NCBI GenBank assembly: GCA_963575745.1
Contig: CAUYUJ010000120.1
Span: 1 to 64,000, forward strand
DNA from: Prorocentrum cordatum
Lineage: Eukaryota
Length of the DNA stretch: 64,000 nucleotides
Reading direction: 5' to 3'
In this document: one piece after another, positions 50,058 to 62,900 of the stretch
How positions within the stretch are numbered: the first letter of the stretch is position 1
Layout: the number at the start of each line of letters is the position of its first letter
Program-made: the position numbers and the translations under genes
Notes under the pieces: generated by a model
Told to the model about the DNA's origin: nothing
What the model saw: the letters and a program-made list of their open reading frames with translations, nothing else
Database searches by the model: none

Positions 50058-51705
50058 GTGGCTTCCTCGCGCGGCTCGAGCAGCATTGCGCGGTCAGGGC
50101 CTGGCCCGCCGCGCGGGGGGGCGCGGCGATCGGGCCGCGGGCGTCTCCAGCGTCTTCGGCGAGTTCGAGGCTGCTGGCCGCCTGCATTGTTTGGTATTTG
50201 TTTGTGTGCGTTGCTTGCCGCGACATTTTGTCTGCGGCCCCGTGCTGTTCGGGACGAGTCAGTATCTGCAGATCTGGACCGTTGGGGATCTAACTTTGGT
50301 CACTGGGAGTGGGGCTATCTTGCCAGACAGGTTGGCGTGCCTCGTGGGACTATCTTGCCAGACAGGGACTCCCTGGTTGACGTATCATCTGGACCTCCTG
50401 ATTTGTGTCCAACTCTACCCTTTGATCCTGTTGCCCCATGCGACTTTCGTCAGTTGGGATCTCTTCTGCAGAAGAAACGGACTCGTGAAGATCGTTCTGG
50501 TGTTACCCCTTGTGTTAATCCTGACGATAAGATGGCCACTGCACTTGGTCTTGCTGCCCCAGCGCAATCCGACATGGCGGTGGGGGAGACACCTGCTACT
50601 GTTGATGGGCTTGCAGGGAAGGCTGACGAGGAGGATGAGGACATGGTTGCTGTTCTGAATGAAGATCTTGATGGGGATGACCGTGGGTCGATGTCTCGCC
50701 GTGGCTTGTTGGGTGAGGGAGGTGGGAAGGCTGGGGGGATGGACATGTTCGCGTTCATGAGGCTTGAGTTTGAGAGATTGCACACCTGCTTCAAGACAGA
50801 GCTCCAGGCTAATAGAGTGGAGGTCACCGCTGAGATCAAAACCACTGTGCAGCAAGAAGTTGCGCCTGTTCGTTCTGAGCTGCAGGAGTTGAGGGATCGT
50901 ATCGGGCAACAGGATGTGAAGATCGCCAATATACAGCGTGGTGCCTCGTCGTGTGACGATGCCCAGAGTGCTCGTTCTGGTGTCTCCACTCGTGCGTCTG
51001 CAGGTCCTCAGGTGCGTGCTACCCCTGCTCCCTTTAGTCCGTCATTCATCTCGATCCAAGGCTGGACTAGTGGGGGCCCGAAGGATGTTAAGAGCCGTGC
51101 TAACAATGTGATGGATGGAGGTCGGGCGGGGAGAGTTTCTCAGGCTTTAATGGAGCATGTTTCTGCATCGCGTGAGAACCAAGAGACTAAGATCTTTGAC
51201 CGTACTCGTACCCTGGCGGAACTTACTAACAAGCCCTTTGGGCTATTCCGTATTCGCATCTACTTCCTGAGCTCGACGCCGAAAGAGACGGTCTGGGAGA
51301 TTCGTGTTGAGTGGGCTAATGCATTCAATAGTAAGTCGGTGGCCATTTCAGCTCCAGAGGTGATGAGCCCGTTGCTCGATAATGTCCGCGTCGCGTTCCA
51401 GTGCGAGGTGCCACCGTGGAAGACTGAACAGGTTCATGCTGGTAAGAAGTTTGTTGCGACCTTTTTCAAGCGTAAGTCTGTCTGTGGCATGCACTGGATA
51501 CGTCAAGGTGCAGTATGATCGTAACCCTTCTGTTGCCTGGGCCTGGGCTTACCCTCATGGGCGTCTCAATGCTGATGGTAAGTTCTGCCTGGGTGCCTGG
51601 GCGCTGCAAGATGGGTGGACTCTTCAGGCATCAGAAGTTACCAAGCTGGATCCCAGTATTGATGCAGTTGCGTGGCAGTCGGCTTTGAACAGTAAGTCGT
51701 GGTGA
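50058..51705 (+). pseudogene. LINE ORF1 with predicted coiled coil; one frameshift near 51500, true start uncertain
   Basis: 486-aa ORF with heptad-like VRSELQELRDRIGQQDVKIANIQ, directly upstream of the endonuclease. Confidence 0.6.
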
Positions 51706-51734
51706 CGACGGCTACCTGAGCTACTCCTCTGTGG

Positions 51735-54700
51735 ATGGAATGGCCGCCGTATGGGTATCGTTGCGACGGAAGCTTTCCACCGCATGTCCAACTTGGGCTG
51801 CCGTTTGTTTGCGTTGCAGGAGTGCCAATGGATGTCATCAGTTGCTGCTCTCCATGCGGGTTTGATTGCATATTCTCCTCTCTTGTTGCTGCTGGCGAGG
51901 GCAGAGCTGGCATCTTCTTTGGTGGATTTCTGCGTGCGAGTTTCATTGGGCATCGTGAGGGTAGCAGGTCTTGCATTTGTGCCTTCCAGGGGCTCCTCTT
52001 TGTTTCCGTCTACTTGCCGCATCGTGAGACAATAGGTAAGGCGCGCGGTGAGCAGCTAGAAGCGTTTGGGATGTACCAAGACATTTTGACTAACATGACG
52101 GGTGATGTCATGGATCTAAAACGTAAACATCGTATCACGAAGATGTTCTGCGTGACCTGTATGCTCGCTCCCTTGTCACTGGTATGGCTACGCTCAAGCT
52201 CTCTCTGGCTAACACGTTTGGGGATCGAGTCGCTACTAGCCGTTTACCGTCGGGTCAGGAGTCAGTCTTGGACTATCTTGCTGTGCCGAAGTCGTGGTCG
52301 TGCTCACCTGTGGTGTCTTGGTTGTTCCCGCGCGCTTGTCGGAATCTGCCGAATGTGGAGATGCTCTGGAGTGACCACAAGCTGTTATCGTTGCGCATTC
52401 CGTCTCCTGTGCAGTTAGGCGGCCAGCGCCCCAAGTCCTCGAGTAAGTGGAGGGTGGTTGCCCGGAGGGAGGTTGACCAGGCGCGTCTGTTTCACCATGC
52501 ACTGTGCCCCGATGGTTTCGAGAGGCCTGTACCTGCTGTTTGTAGCCCGCGTTATCGTGTTTGCTCTCGTGGACCGTCAGCCTCTGGGGCTAAGATGAAG
52601 GAGGCTGCTGTGGCGAGCCAATCGTGCCATGTGTTCGAAGGCCCGTCGGATCTCTTCCCGGGGTTGTCTGAGGAGCAGGTTCGGTTCCGCCGGGAGCATT
52701 ACCAGCGTCACAGAGATTGGAAGCGGGGGCTCATTGAGGAGGAGGAGTTCAATAGGAGTAGGAGGAGGTGGACGGCTATCAGAAGGTCGTATCGTAGGCA
52801 GCTTATTGTATATCGTCATCGTGAAGGGCTTAAACATGAGTCTCTGGTCACGCACATGGAGGTGTGTGGGGGATGCTGACGGAGGATCGTTCTAAATGGG
52901 TGGAGGGTCTATCTCAGCATGCCAAATCAAAGTACGAGGATGAGGAGATGAGGATCCTGAATAACAGTTGTCTTGAAGAGCTTCGTGTACGTGCTGATTG
53001 GGCTGCCTCTGTGGGTTCCAGTGGGCCTCGTGAGTGTCCGATCTCAATGGCGGTGCTTCTTCGTGCGCTTTCTAGGCTCAAGGAGGGCCGTGCTGTGGGA
53101 GCAGATGGGATACCTTGCACTGTTCTCAAATCCTTGGCATGGTCTTCTCTTCGTGTGATATCATCGTCGTTCCCGTTACTTTATCGTCGTGAAGTGTCAT
53201 CGCCAGATTCCTGGCGCCAGTTACGTGTAAGCCTCATGTTGAAGGGTCCCAGGTTTCGCCGTTTTGGAGAGTCTCGTGCACTCGCAGTTCTCAGCGTATT
53301 CAGTAAGTGGTATTCGTGCTGCCTCACCCTGTTATTGGACGAGCATGTTCGTCGTGCTCTGCCGTGTACGGGCTGCAATCTCTACGGATTCTGCTCTGGC
53401 CACCGTTTCCGCGAGATCACGGCGGGCCTCAATGTCTTGGCTCATCACTCGAGGCTTTGGGGTAAAGATCAGAACGTCTTCATTGCGAGTCTGGATGTTG
53501 GGCAGGCGTTCGACCACTTAACGATTCCTCTAGCTAGTGCGAGCCTGCAATGGTTACAATATAATGATGAGTTGATCTTCGCTCTTATGGAAGGTGCAGT
53601 TACTAATGCCGCTGACTTTCAATTTCAGGAGGTTCGTTCGCATCCGATGCCCTGGGATTCGTGCATCCGTACTGGGTCTCTGGAGGGCCCACCGTTGTGG
53701 AATGCGCAGTGTATCAGGATGTTTGGGCCTGTATATCAGAATTGGGAGCGCCTGGGAAAGGGCCTTGTCTTGTCGGCGGAGGCTGGAGGCATCTGTGTTT
53801 CTCACTTTGTATGGGCAGACAACGTCATTCTGGTGGCGGGCTCCCTCCCCATGTTGACCTCGATGATCGTCGATCTAAGCCAGCCCTGTACCGCGGGAAA
53901 GGGAGGGGGATCAGAACATCTCGGTTGTGGGCGGGTCGCGCTCGTTCGTTGACGTGGCTGTGGATGATGGTCGCAAGAGAAATCGCAGGCAGGAAATTGG
54001 TGAGATGCAGAGGCAGGCTAAACGTGCCCGTGGGACCTTGTCTCAAAACACTGTCCGTGTGCGTGATGCCTTTGAGCCGTCCCGTGCTGTGCCACCGCCT
54101 GAGAAGAGACGGAGGCTGCGTTGGTCCCCCGAGCCTGTGGCCCCATGTGTGTCCAGCTTTGCTCAGTCTCGCCTGTTGATGTTGCACGCTTCGGGTTCGT
54201 GGACGCGGGCTCGCGATACCCTGATCCATCTTGCTGGGGCCAAGGAGGCTCGGGCGTATACCCGCTTGAGGGGCCAGAGTACGAACCTGAAGGGGCTCAC
54301 GCCGTGGCACCTTATCTTCGAGACGGTGGGGGGCGAACTGTGGCAGTGTAACCTGAGTTGGTGTGAGCACGGCTGGTTACCTTTCGTTCGTGGCGTTTGT
54401 GGTCACTTTGATTTGCCTGATATCCTGCAGTGGTGTGTACTTAAAGACCCCCATCCCTGGAACCCTAAGGAGAAGGAGGATGAGGAGGTGAATGTGACGG
54501 AGGAGCAGAAGGCTAAAGCAGATGATAAGTTAGCTCAAAGACTGGGAGAGTGTACCTGGGAGAGTGTACCTGGGAGAGTGTACCTGGGCATCTTGCGGTT
54601 GAGCTGAAGGGTGACTCGCAATGTGTGATCCGACGGCTGGAGGGATTATATTTCACGGGGAACATAGGATATGCGTCCAAGGTGGCGGAAATGCAGAACC

Positions 54701-55164
54701 TTTTGTGTGATCCCTCCGTCTCCTGTCTAATCCGTCCTCCTGAGTATGGTCGCGATATCTTTAAGTGGGTGTATAGGGAAGGAAACGCGGAGGCTGATGA
54801 AATGACCTGGAACGCTCGGACTGGCAATTGTGGTCTCTGGCATGACGACGACTTTTTGAAATTTATCAAGTTGAACGCAGTTCTGATCGACTGTATCCGT
54901 GGTTCTTTCGACGGAGGTCGTTCCCAACATGGTGTCGGGTGTGGCTGGGTGCTTGATGTGAGGTTTGCTTCTTTCTCTCGCAATATTCTTCCCCCCTCTT
55001 CCTCTATCGTCTGTGGCTGGCGCCGTGTTGCCTCTGAGGCCTTCTTTCTCCCCTCCTCCTGCACTATCGCATCGGCTGAGCTGTCTGCCGCCCACCGGCT
55101 CCTCTCTGCAGGAGTTCTTGTGATTCTGCAAAAGTCAGGCTTCATAGGCATGTGTAGCTCGTAG
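51735..55164 (+). pseudogene. LINE ORF2 (APE endonuclease, RT, permuted RNase H), multiply frameshifted
   Basis: APE: ALQEC, SVYLPH, LDYL, SDH. RT: AVGADG, LDVGQAFD, CIRTGSLEGP, WADN. RNase H: GDS, YREGNAEAD, FDGG, AELSA. Confidence 0.9.
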
Positions 55165-55659
55165 TCTGGACGTGAGCACGTCCTGCCATGACTCTACGCA
55201 AACGCAAACGCAAAACCAAGGTTGACGGTTTTCCGCCGGCTACCAGTCTATGTTCCTCACCTCAGGGTCCGCCCCCTAGCCCACCACCTCAGCCCCCTCG
55301 TCAACATCGCACACCGTGCATACAATATGTTTTGCAAAACACCACTGCTCATATAAAGTAAGTTGCACAAGTGACGGGTGGCAGGAGCTGGGCAGTAGAG
55401 AACGTGCATGTCGAAACCGGGCTCTCCAATCTTCGGCCCAGTCCTCCGCGGGCCGCTTCCGTCGACAACGCATTGCCGGTGGAAATCTCCCCTCCTCCGC
55501 ATGTATCGTCAACAACTTCAACGCATGTGCATCGCATGTTACACCCTCGATGCCGCGCAACAAGTTACTGCGTATGCTGATATAATATATATGCTACTTC
55601 ATCGTTAACAAAATGAATAGGCTCACGTAAAAGGATCCGTCCATCCAACAACTTTTCTT

Positions 55660-58600
55660 TGCCTCGGCCAATCGTGCAGGCGCGGCAATCTTGCATTCCG
55701 CGCGAGTGAGGCTGCTATATCCTGGAGGAGGACGCGGAGGAGAATAATGAGTGAGGAGGAGAAGGGGCTCGAATAAAATAGATAATTTATGATGATCTCA
55801 TAAACAGTTAGCAGAGTAGAGATAGTTGTCAGGTTCCAGCTCTGGCAGCAGACCGAGTTGATGCATCTAGATACGTAATATTTTAGCGTTCCTGATGGTT
55901 TCATTTCGATTGCTGTGGCGAACAGCTCTGTAGCTCATCTGCAGCTCGAGTTAAGTAGAGAAAATCAGCATCATCTCTTTTTAGAATACATAGCAGAGTG
56001 CGGATAGTTGTATTGTCAGAGCTTTGGTAGCTGACCCAGTTCGGGCATCTACATACCTGAGATTAGCGCGTCTGACGATTTCCTCTCGATTGCTGTGCCG
56101 AGCAGCTCCTTGGCTAATTTGCAGCTCGAGTTAAGTTAGGCAAATGCTAATCATATCTTTGTAAGCAGCAGACAACGAATCGTTTTTTGGTTTCGGCTCT
56201 GGTAGTAGACCGAGTTCGGGCACCTAGATACTTAAGACTAGCGCTCCTGATGATCTCCTCCCGATTGTTGTGCCGAACAGCTCTGTAGCTGTCGAGTTAG
56301 ATAAATAAATCGTCATCATCTCCTTAAGCAATAACAGAGTACGAGTATTTTTTGGTCCCAGCTCTGGTAGCAGACCGAGTTCGGGCATCTAGATGCTTGA
56401 GACTAGCGCTCCTGGTCGTTCCGTTTCGATTGCTGTGCCGAAAAACTCTGTAGCTCATCTGCAGCTCGAGTTAAGTTAAGAAAACCGACAGCATCTGCCA
56501 AGATGACACTGAGAAGCCGATCCCGTCCGAGTGCTTTCAGACAGTATCAACCCGATCGACTTGAGATTGAAATGGCGAGCAGAAGTGAGATCGAAGATGG
56601 TGGACAATCTCAGAACTCCAGCAATTGTTGAAATTCGAGAACATAGTTTTAAATAGGCCAAACCAAAACAAAACTGGGGGCCGGAGGTGGGCCGTCAACC
56701 TTGGTTGCCGCTGGGAACTCGTAGAGCTTCCTTCTGATGTGCATGAGTGGCGTGCGGGCGCGGCAATCTCGCGTTCCCCGCGCGCGAGGGCGCGGTTTCG
56801 TGGAGGAGGGCGTGGAGGGGAAGAGCGAGCGAGGAGGGGGGGGGGAAGGCTGAGGAACACAAGCAGGGGGAGGAGAAGGGGCAGGAGAAGGAGAAAAAGG
56901 AGGGGGAGGAGAATGAAGGGGGGGGGATAACGAGCAGGAGGGGGGGGAAGGGTGGAAGGGGAAGAAGGAGGTGATGATAATAATGGTGATGAGGCGGGGG
57001 AGGGAGAGGAGGAGAAAGAGAAGGAGGAGGAGGAGAAAGAAAAGAAAAAGCAAATGGAGAGGGAAGAGGAGGGGGAGAGGAGGAGGGGGGGGGAGGAGGA
57101 GAGGGAGAAGGATGAGAAGAAGGATAATGAGGAGGAGGAGCAGAAGAAGAAGAAGGGAATCTCCTGTTCAGCGGTCTGCTTCCAGGCTCCTTGGCTTGCC
57201 TATAACTCCAATTATGTGAAATCCAACGCCGGCTCTCATAAAACATAATTAGTACATGAACGCAACTAATTATTTGATTGCAGTTTTGGTAGCAGACCTC
57301 AGGCGTTTAGACAGTGTCGATTGATGTGCATCTCAGCTCCTTCGCTGGCCTAGAGCTCGAATGTAATCAGGAAACGAGGGCCATCTCTCGTGCAGCGTTT
57401 ACATTTCGAATAGTTTTCCAGTTGCAGCTGCTGTTGCAGGCCAAATCCGACGCCTCGATACCGCAGGCGCCTGTACCTGGTGGCCTTCTGCTTCTCAAAG
57501 TGCTGTTCTGCTCGCAGCCTACAGCCCAGATGCAGTAGAGAACACAATCAGCAGCTCTCATGCAATAGCAGAGCACGAATAGTTCTTTGATTCCAGCTGT
57601 GGTAGCAGACTGGGTTGCGGCATATAGATACTTGAGAGTGGCACTGCTGATGATGCCCTTTTGAGTGGTGTGCCGAGCAGGTCTGTGGTTCATCTGCAGC
57701 TCGAGTTATTTAAAGAAAATCATTCTTAAACAAAAAGTAGCAGATCACGAATAGTTTTTTGGTTCCAGCTATGCAAGAAGACCGAGCTCGGGCATCTAGA
57801 TACTTAATACCAGCGCTCCTGATCCTTTTCTTTCGATAGATGTGCCGAACAGCTCTGTCGCTGATCTGGAGCTCGAGTTTAGATAAGACCATTATCAGGA
57901 TCGTAAGACAATTACCAGAGTACGAATTGTTTTTGGTTCCATCTCTAGTACCAGACCGAGTTCGGGCATCTAGATACTTCAGACTAGCGCGACGGATGAT
58001 TTCCTTCGACTGCTGTGCCGAGCAGCTCTGTAGCTCGTCTGTAGCTCGACTTTAGTTGAGAAAACCGACAGCACCTGCCAAGATAAGTCTCAACGGCCGA
58101 TCCCGCCCGCGTGCTTTCTGATAGAAGTATCTACCCGATCGGCATGCAAGCAAGATGGCGAGCGGGAGTAATATCGAATATGGGTAGGCGAAATATTAGA
58201 GCTCTAACGAATTGTTGAACTTCGAGAAAACGATTAAAAATAGGCCAAGCAAAGACAAAACTTCAAACTAGCCCGCCGGCGCGCCGGAATTACTCTCTAG
58301 CTTCGCCGCTCCTCTTAGGGAGCTCTACGAGTCGCATCCGTCGAGATTTTTGTCCAGCGCGCCAGAATTTCCTGGGGCCGGCGGGAAACCGTCAACCTTG
58401 GTTGCCGTCAGGAACTCGTAGAGCTTCCTTGCGATATGCGTGAAGTGCATGCGGGCGGGGGAATCTCGAATTTCGCGCGCCGCGCGAGGTGCAGTTTCAC
58501 GGAAGAGGACGTGGAGAAGAAGGGTGATTGAGGAGAAGAAAGAGCTCGAATGAAATAGAGAAAACGATTTGTTTATGTATAGATGTTGTAACAACAAAAT

Positions 58601-58794
58601 AATGTATAATAGCAAAACAGAGTGCGAACAGTGCTTGGTGCTTGGTTCCAGCTCTAATAGAAGACAGAGTTGAGGCATCTGAATACTTGATACTAGCGCT
58701 CCGCATGATGTTCTTTCGATTGCTGAGCCGAACAGCTCTGTAGCTCATCCGCAGCGCGATTTGAGTTCAGAATTTAGCATGTACATATATATAC

Positions 58795-58831
<37 letters not shown>

Positions 58832-59901
58832 GGTATATTCAAAAAACAAAAAAAGCAAAGAGTACGAATAGTTGTCTGGTGCTAGTTTTGGTAGCAGACC
58901 GAGTTTGGGCATCGAGATACTTGAGACTAGCGCTCTTGATGACTCCCGTACGGTTGATCTGCCACTAAACAGCTCTGCAGCCCATCTGCAGCTCGAGTTA
59001 ACCAAGCTGATAAACTCATCATCATCTTAAAACACAGCAGCATACGAACAGTTTGTTATACCAGCTCTGGTAGCAGACCGAGTTCGGGCATTGAGACTAG
59101 CGCTTCTGATGATTATCTTGCGATTTCGGTGCCGAACAGCTCTGTCGCTCATCTGTAGCTCGAGTTAAGTTCAGACAATCATCGTTATCTCTTCGAGAAT
59201 TAGCAGAGTACGCATAGTTTTTTTGGGGTCCCAGCTCTGGCAACATACCGATTTCAGACATCTAGATACTTAAGACTAGCGCTCCTGATGATGCCTTTTT
59301 CGATTGATGTGCCGAACAGCTCTGTAGCTTATCTGCAGCTCGAGTTAAGTGGAGAAAACCGACAGCCTCAATATCACACTCAACAGCCGACCCCGCCCAC
59401 GTGCTTTTTGAGGGTAATATCTACCCGGTCGACCTGATATTAAGATGGCGAGCGGGAATAAGACCGAATATTAGTACAATACATATTAATGCTTCAATGA
59501 ACTGTTGAATTTTGAGGACTTCAATATTTCAAAAAAGACAACATCCGTCGGGATTTTTCGGGCCAGCTAGCCCTCCACCGCGCTGGGATTATTCTCTAGC
59601 TTCGCCGCTTCGCTCTTCGGGCAGCTCTACGAGTCATTCTCTAGCTTCGCCCCTTCGCTCTCGGGGGAGCTCTACGAGTCATTGTCCGCCTGGGCTGGGT
59701 GGGCGCACTAGCTCCATCCCGCGCCGGAGTTCCTCTAGCTCGTCGATGCCGAAGAGATCTACGAGGTACCCTTTAGCTTCGCCGCGTCGCTCTTCGGGAA
59801 CCTCTACGAGTCATGTTCGCCCAACCGGCCCAGAGTTCCCACGTTGTCCGCCCGGGCCCGGTGGGCCGACTGGGAGCCCGCGGTAAACCGTCAAGCAGGT
59901 T
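55660..59901 (-). repeat. Diverged family D elements in minus orientation with GA-rich (56800-57155) and (TA)n (58782-58831) microsatellites
   Basis: Reverse-complement hairpin ends at ~56672-56732, 58372-58428 and 59869-59901. Stacked 5' ends at 59590-59812. Confidence 0.8.
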
Positions 59902-62900
59902 CTTTGCGGTCGACTGTGCAGGCTTTCCAGCCTAGTCGGAGCAAGAGGCGGGCGCATCGGGAGCAGGCGGAAGCCTCGCCGATCCAAACGATCAGAGGCG
60001 TAAGCCAGCTCTTATTTGGAGGATGAGAGGTCAAGCACACACACACACGACACACACAGGCAAGGCGTGAGTGAGCACAATCACTTATTCACATCATGTC
60101 CTGTCCGGAATACGCATGTACAACCCGCGGCACAATCAGAATCGTATGCTCAACGGCCGAGATCTCGGCATCTGTCACTGTCGAAGTTGGGTCAAGCGAG
60201 AACGCCGCACTATACACCTCCGTCCAGATAATATCATGGCTGAGTGGCTGCCTTGAGAGCCTCGATATACGTCCAACATCTATCCAGCACCCGACTCCCA
60301 CGCCGTCGCAAGAGACGCCACAATCGAATCCAGCTCTGATGGCGCAAACGCGAAACACCTGATCTAACTGTGGGGCGTAGGGCCCAATCCTGTCCCGAAA
60401 CACTGGTGGCCCGACACGGGCCGTATGAGTGAGTACATCTGCACGCATGTTCCATTCCCTGTATGTGTGGTCAACAATTTCCCTCCCATGAGAGGCAGGC
60501 CTAATTCCGAATCTCTGACACATGTTGTCTAGTTGGTTAATCATTCTGTTAATCCTATCTTGATAAGTGCGATTTAGCACCCTCCAGACACCCTGAAGCC
60601 AAGACACCACCAGAAGACTGTCCCCAGAGATGTACACCGGAATCCCGAAAGAGTCGAGATCGTACACAACCCCCTTCATTTTTTGTAACGCAATACGTTT
60701 GGCCAGTTCGTCGTTGAAAGCTGGAGTCCCCTTTTGAGCCCCATATGTGTGTAGGTCGTTTTGTGTGATAGTATGCACCTCCTGCAGGGCCCCACCTGTT
60801 GTACCGTACCCTTTTCTCTTCTGAAAATAGCTCAGCATCGTCCGTGTACACATGTGCTCGCAGAACTGAATGTAAGCTGCATCTGTCGGCACAAAGGACT
60901 CCCGCCACTTGAGTCCGTAGAATTCACAGAAAGAAAATAGCCAGCATCTCTGGCCAATAGCTCTACCTGAGCTGATATGTCTCCTCTTGAGCTGTGAAGC
61001 CTCTTGGAAGCGAAATATCCCCCGCAGGAACTCAGAAGCATCCGTCCTGAGTCTGTCCCACAGTGGGCCATATGCAATCGTAGTCATGTGGTGGTCTCGC
61101 CAGTTACGCTGCGTCGAAGAAATGTCCTCATGAGAATCAGCACGCAAGATATAGATAAAATTTGCAGCATCCTTGGCGGAGTTCCACACCATACGGAGAA
61201 AGCGCTGCACCAACGTCGCAAATCCGTAGGATCGAAATTGCTCTCTGGCCTCATGGTACCGTCGTCGGTTCCAGTCCGCCATCGTCTCCTCCTCCCTCCT
61301 TGGCCGTCGAAACATACGGCACAAACGCCAACCCTCGAAGGCATTGAGCATATGTAGTGAGGAGGTATCTGCAGTACAAGTCTCCAGACAATACAATGCC
61401 ATACTCTGCACCTTATCCTGATAACGACAAACTTTATCACGAACAGCAACCGCTCTGTTACGAAAGAAATCCGCCTGTCCGATGGAACAAGCACGAGCCT
61501 CTTTGATGCGATACTCTACATTAGGATGTGCAGGCAATAGGTAGGTATAATATATCTCATGACCCAATACTTTCAATCTGCACACACGTCGAAGACTAAA
61601 GCCCTGATACCCAGAGCATGCAGGAATAATCAAATCCTCACTGGCAGGTATATGTCCATCTCCGTCCACTCTCGCATTTTCCCCACATGTCATGTACAGC
61701 AGGCTGCTATCCTTCCACCTCATCCCCCAGTCGTGTAATGGTAGGGTTAGATCGTGAATCATCTGAGCCAGCATGGTTGAGGAGGCAGACACAAGGTAGC
61801 AATTGTCCGCCCACACAATGTGGTTCACGACTGTCCGTCGCTCATACTCTCCACAGACACCCTCCAGCACATACCCCACTCCTCGACTGTCCCACTCCCG
61901 AAATATTGGTCCCACATGGCACATGTGATAAGGTTGAAGAGAAGAGGCCCCTCAGGGCCGCCCGTCCTGATACAGACGTCCCAATTGATATTGTGAATAG
62001 CCATGCCCTCGACAACTAACGACCCCGTAGTGCAAACCAATGGTGCAAGTAACGCATACTGAAGATAGACAAGAATATTGGCATGGCACATAGCTCTCTT
62101 AGCGTTTTGAAGGCTGCAGTGGTCAAACGCTTGTTTGATATCGGCATTCGCAATATGGACCGTTTGATCCTTTCCCCAGACGTCCCCATGTTCAGCAAGA
62201 GCCTTGAGGGCCCCCACAATTTCCACAGTCTTACGTCCCTCCTGGAAGCCGTAGATGCCCAGAGGTCCCATGAGCCCAGCCCGAGAGACAAATTGTTCGA
62301 CCAAGATCACCACACAAGCATAGTACCAACGGCTGAGACTGTTTTGCAGACAGAGGTACCGTGCATCTGTCAATGATGTCAAGCTCGGCAGCTTGGGCAT
62401 GAAGGCGATCAAAATCTGCCTCCAGTCCTGCGGAAACTGCCGTGTCAATCGAACTATCCCATCAAACATCCGAGCTACACTGCGCAAAGTCGCCCACGGC
62501 AACACCTTGAGTAGTTCGCAAGGCAGCCTGTCGGGACCTGTGGCGCGCGTGGACTTGAGACGTGACCGTGCCTGGCACACCGCCGCCATTGTCAGTCCTT
62601 CTGTGCAGTACCCATCACATAGGTTCTGTTGTGCATCCTTCCTCAACTCCTCCAACATCTCCACATCCCGTCCTCTGACCTCCTCCGAAGTAGATCTCTG
62701 TCCGGTGTACGCTCTGATCTCCTCCGCCCACTCCTCCGTGTCCTCTGATATCCGTCCCTGCACAATAAGATGCTTGATGCTGTGACGTACTTTGCGCCTG
62801 CAAGCTGGGGAGGACCACGCGGCCAACGCCGCGCGATATTCCCTCCGGTGTCTGTTGGCACGTCTGCGCAAAGTGGGTACGTCCACTGACACAGGCAAAG

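Larger units (their letters stand above)
50038..55213 (+). mobile_element. Near full-length APE-type LINE with 13-bp TSD and (ACGCAA)n tail
   Basis: TSD AACCAAGGTTGAC at 50025-50037 and 55214-55226. ORF1 plus frameshifted ORF2. Confidence 0.92.
48517..55247 (+). mobile_element. Family D element whose 3' hairpin is split by a LINE
   Basis: 5' GACTCGTAGAGCTTCGC at 48517. Hairpin left half at 50001-50037 and right half at 55214-55247. Confidence 0.8.

Noticed and set aside
54542..54588. 15-bp unit CTGGGAGAGTGTACC repeated three times in LINE ORF2
   Set aside because: Local slippage in a decaying copy, absent from the other LINEs.
55248..55660. Unique segment that may be another decayed retroelement piece
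   Set aside because: No convincing motif in any frame.
46906..57248. Poly-Ser/Glu/Leu/Pro ORFs near 47000, 49600 and 56900
   Set aside because: Translations of CT/GA microsatellites inside family D elements.
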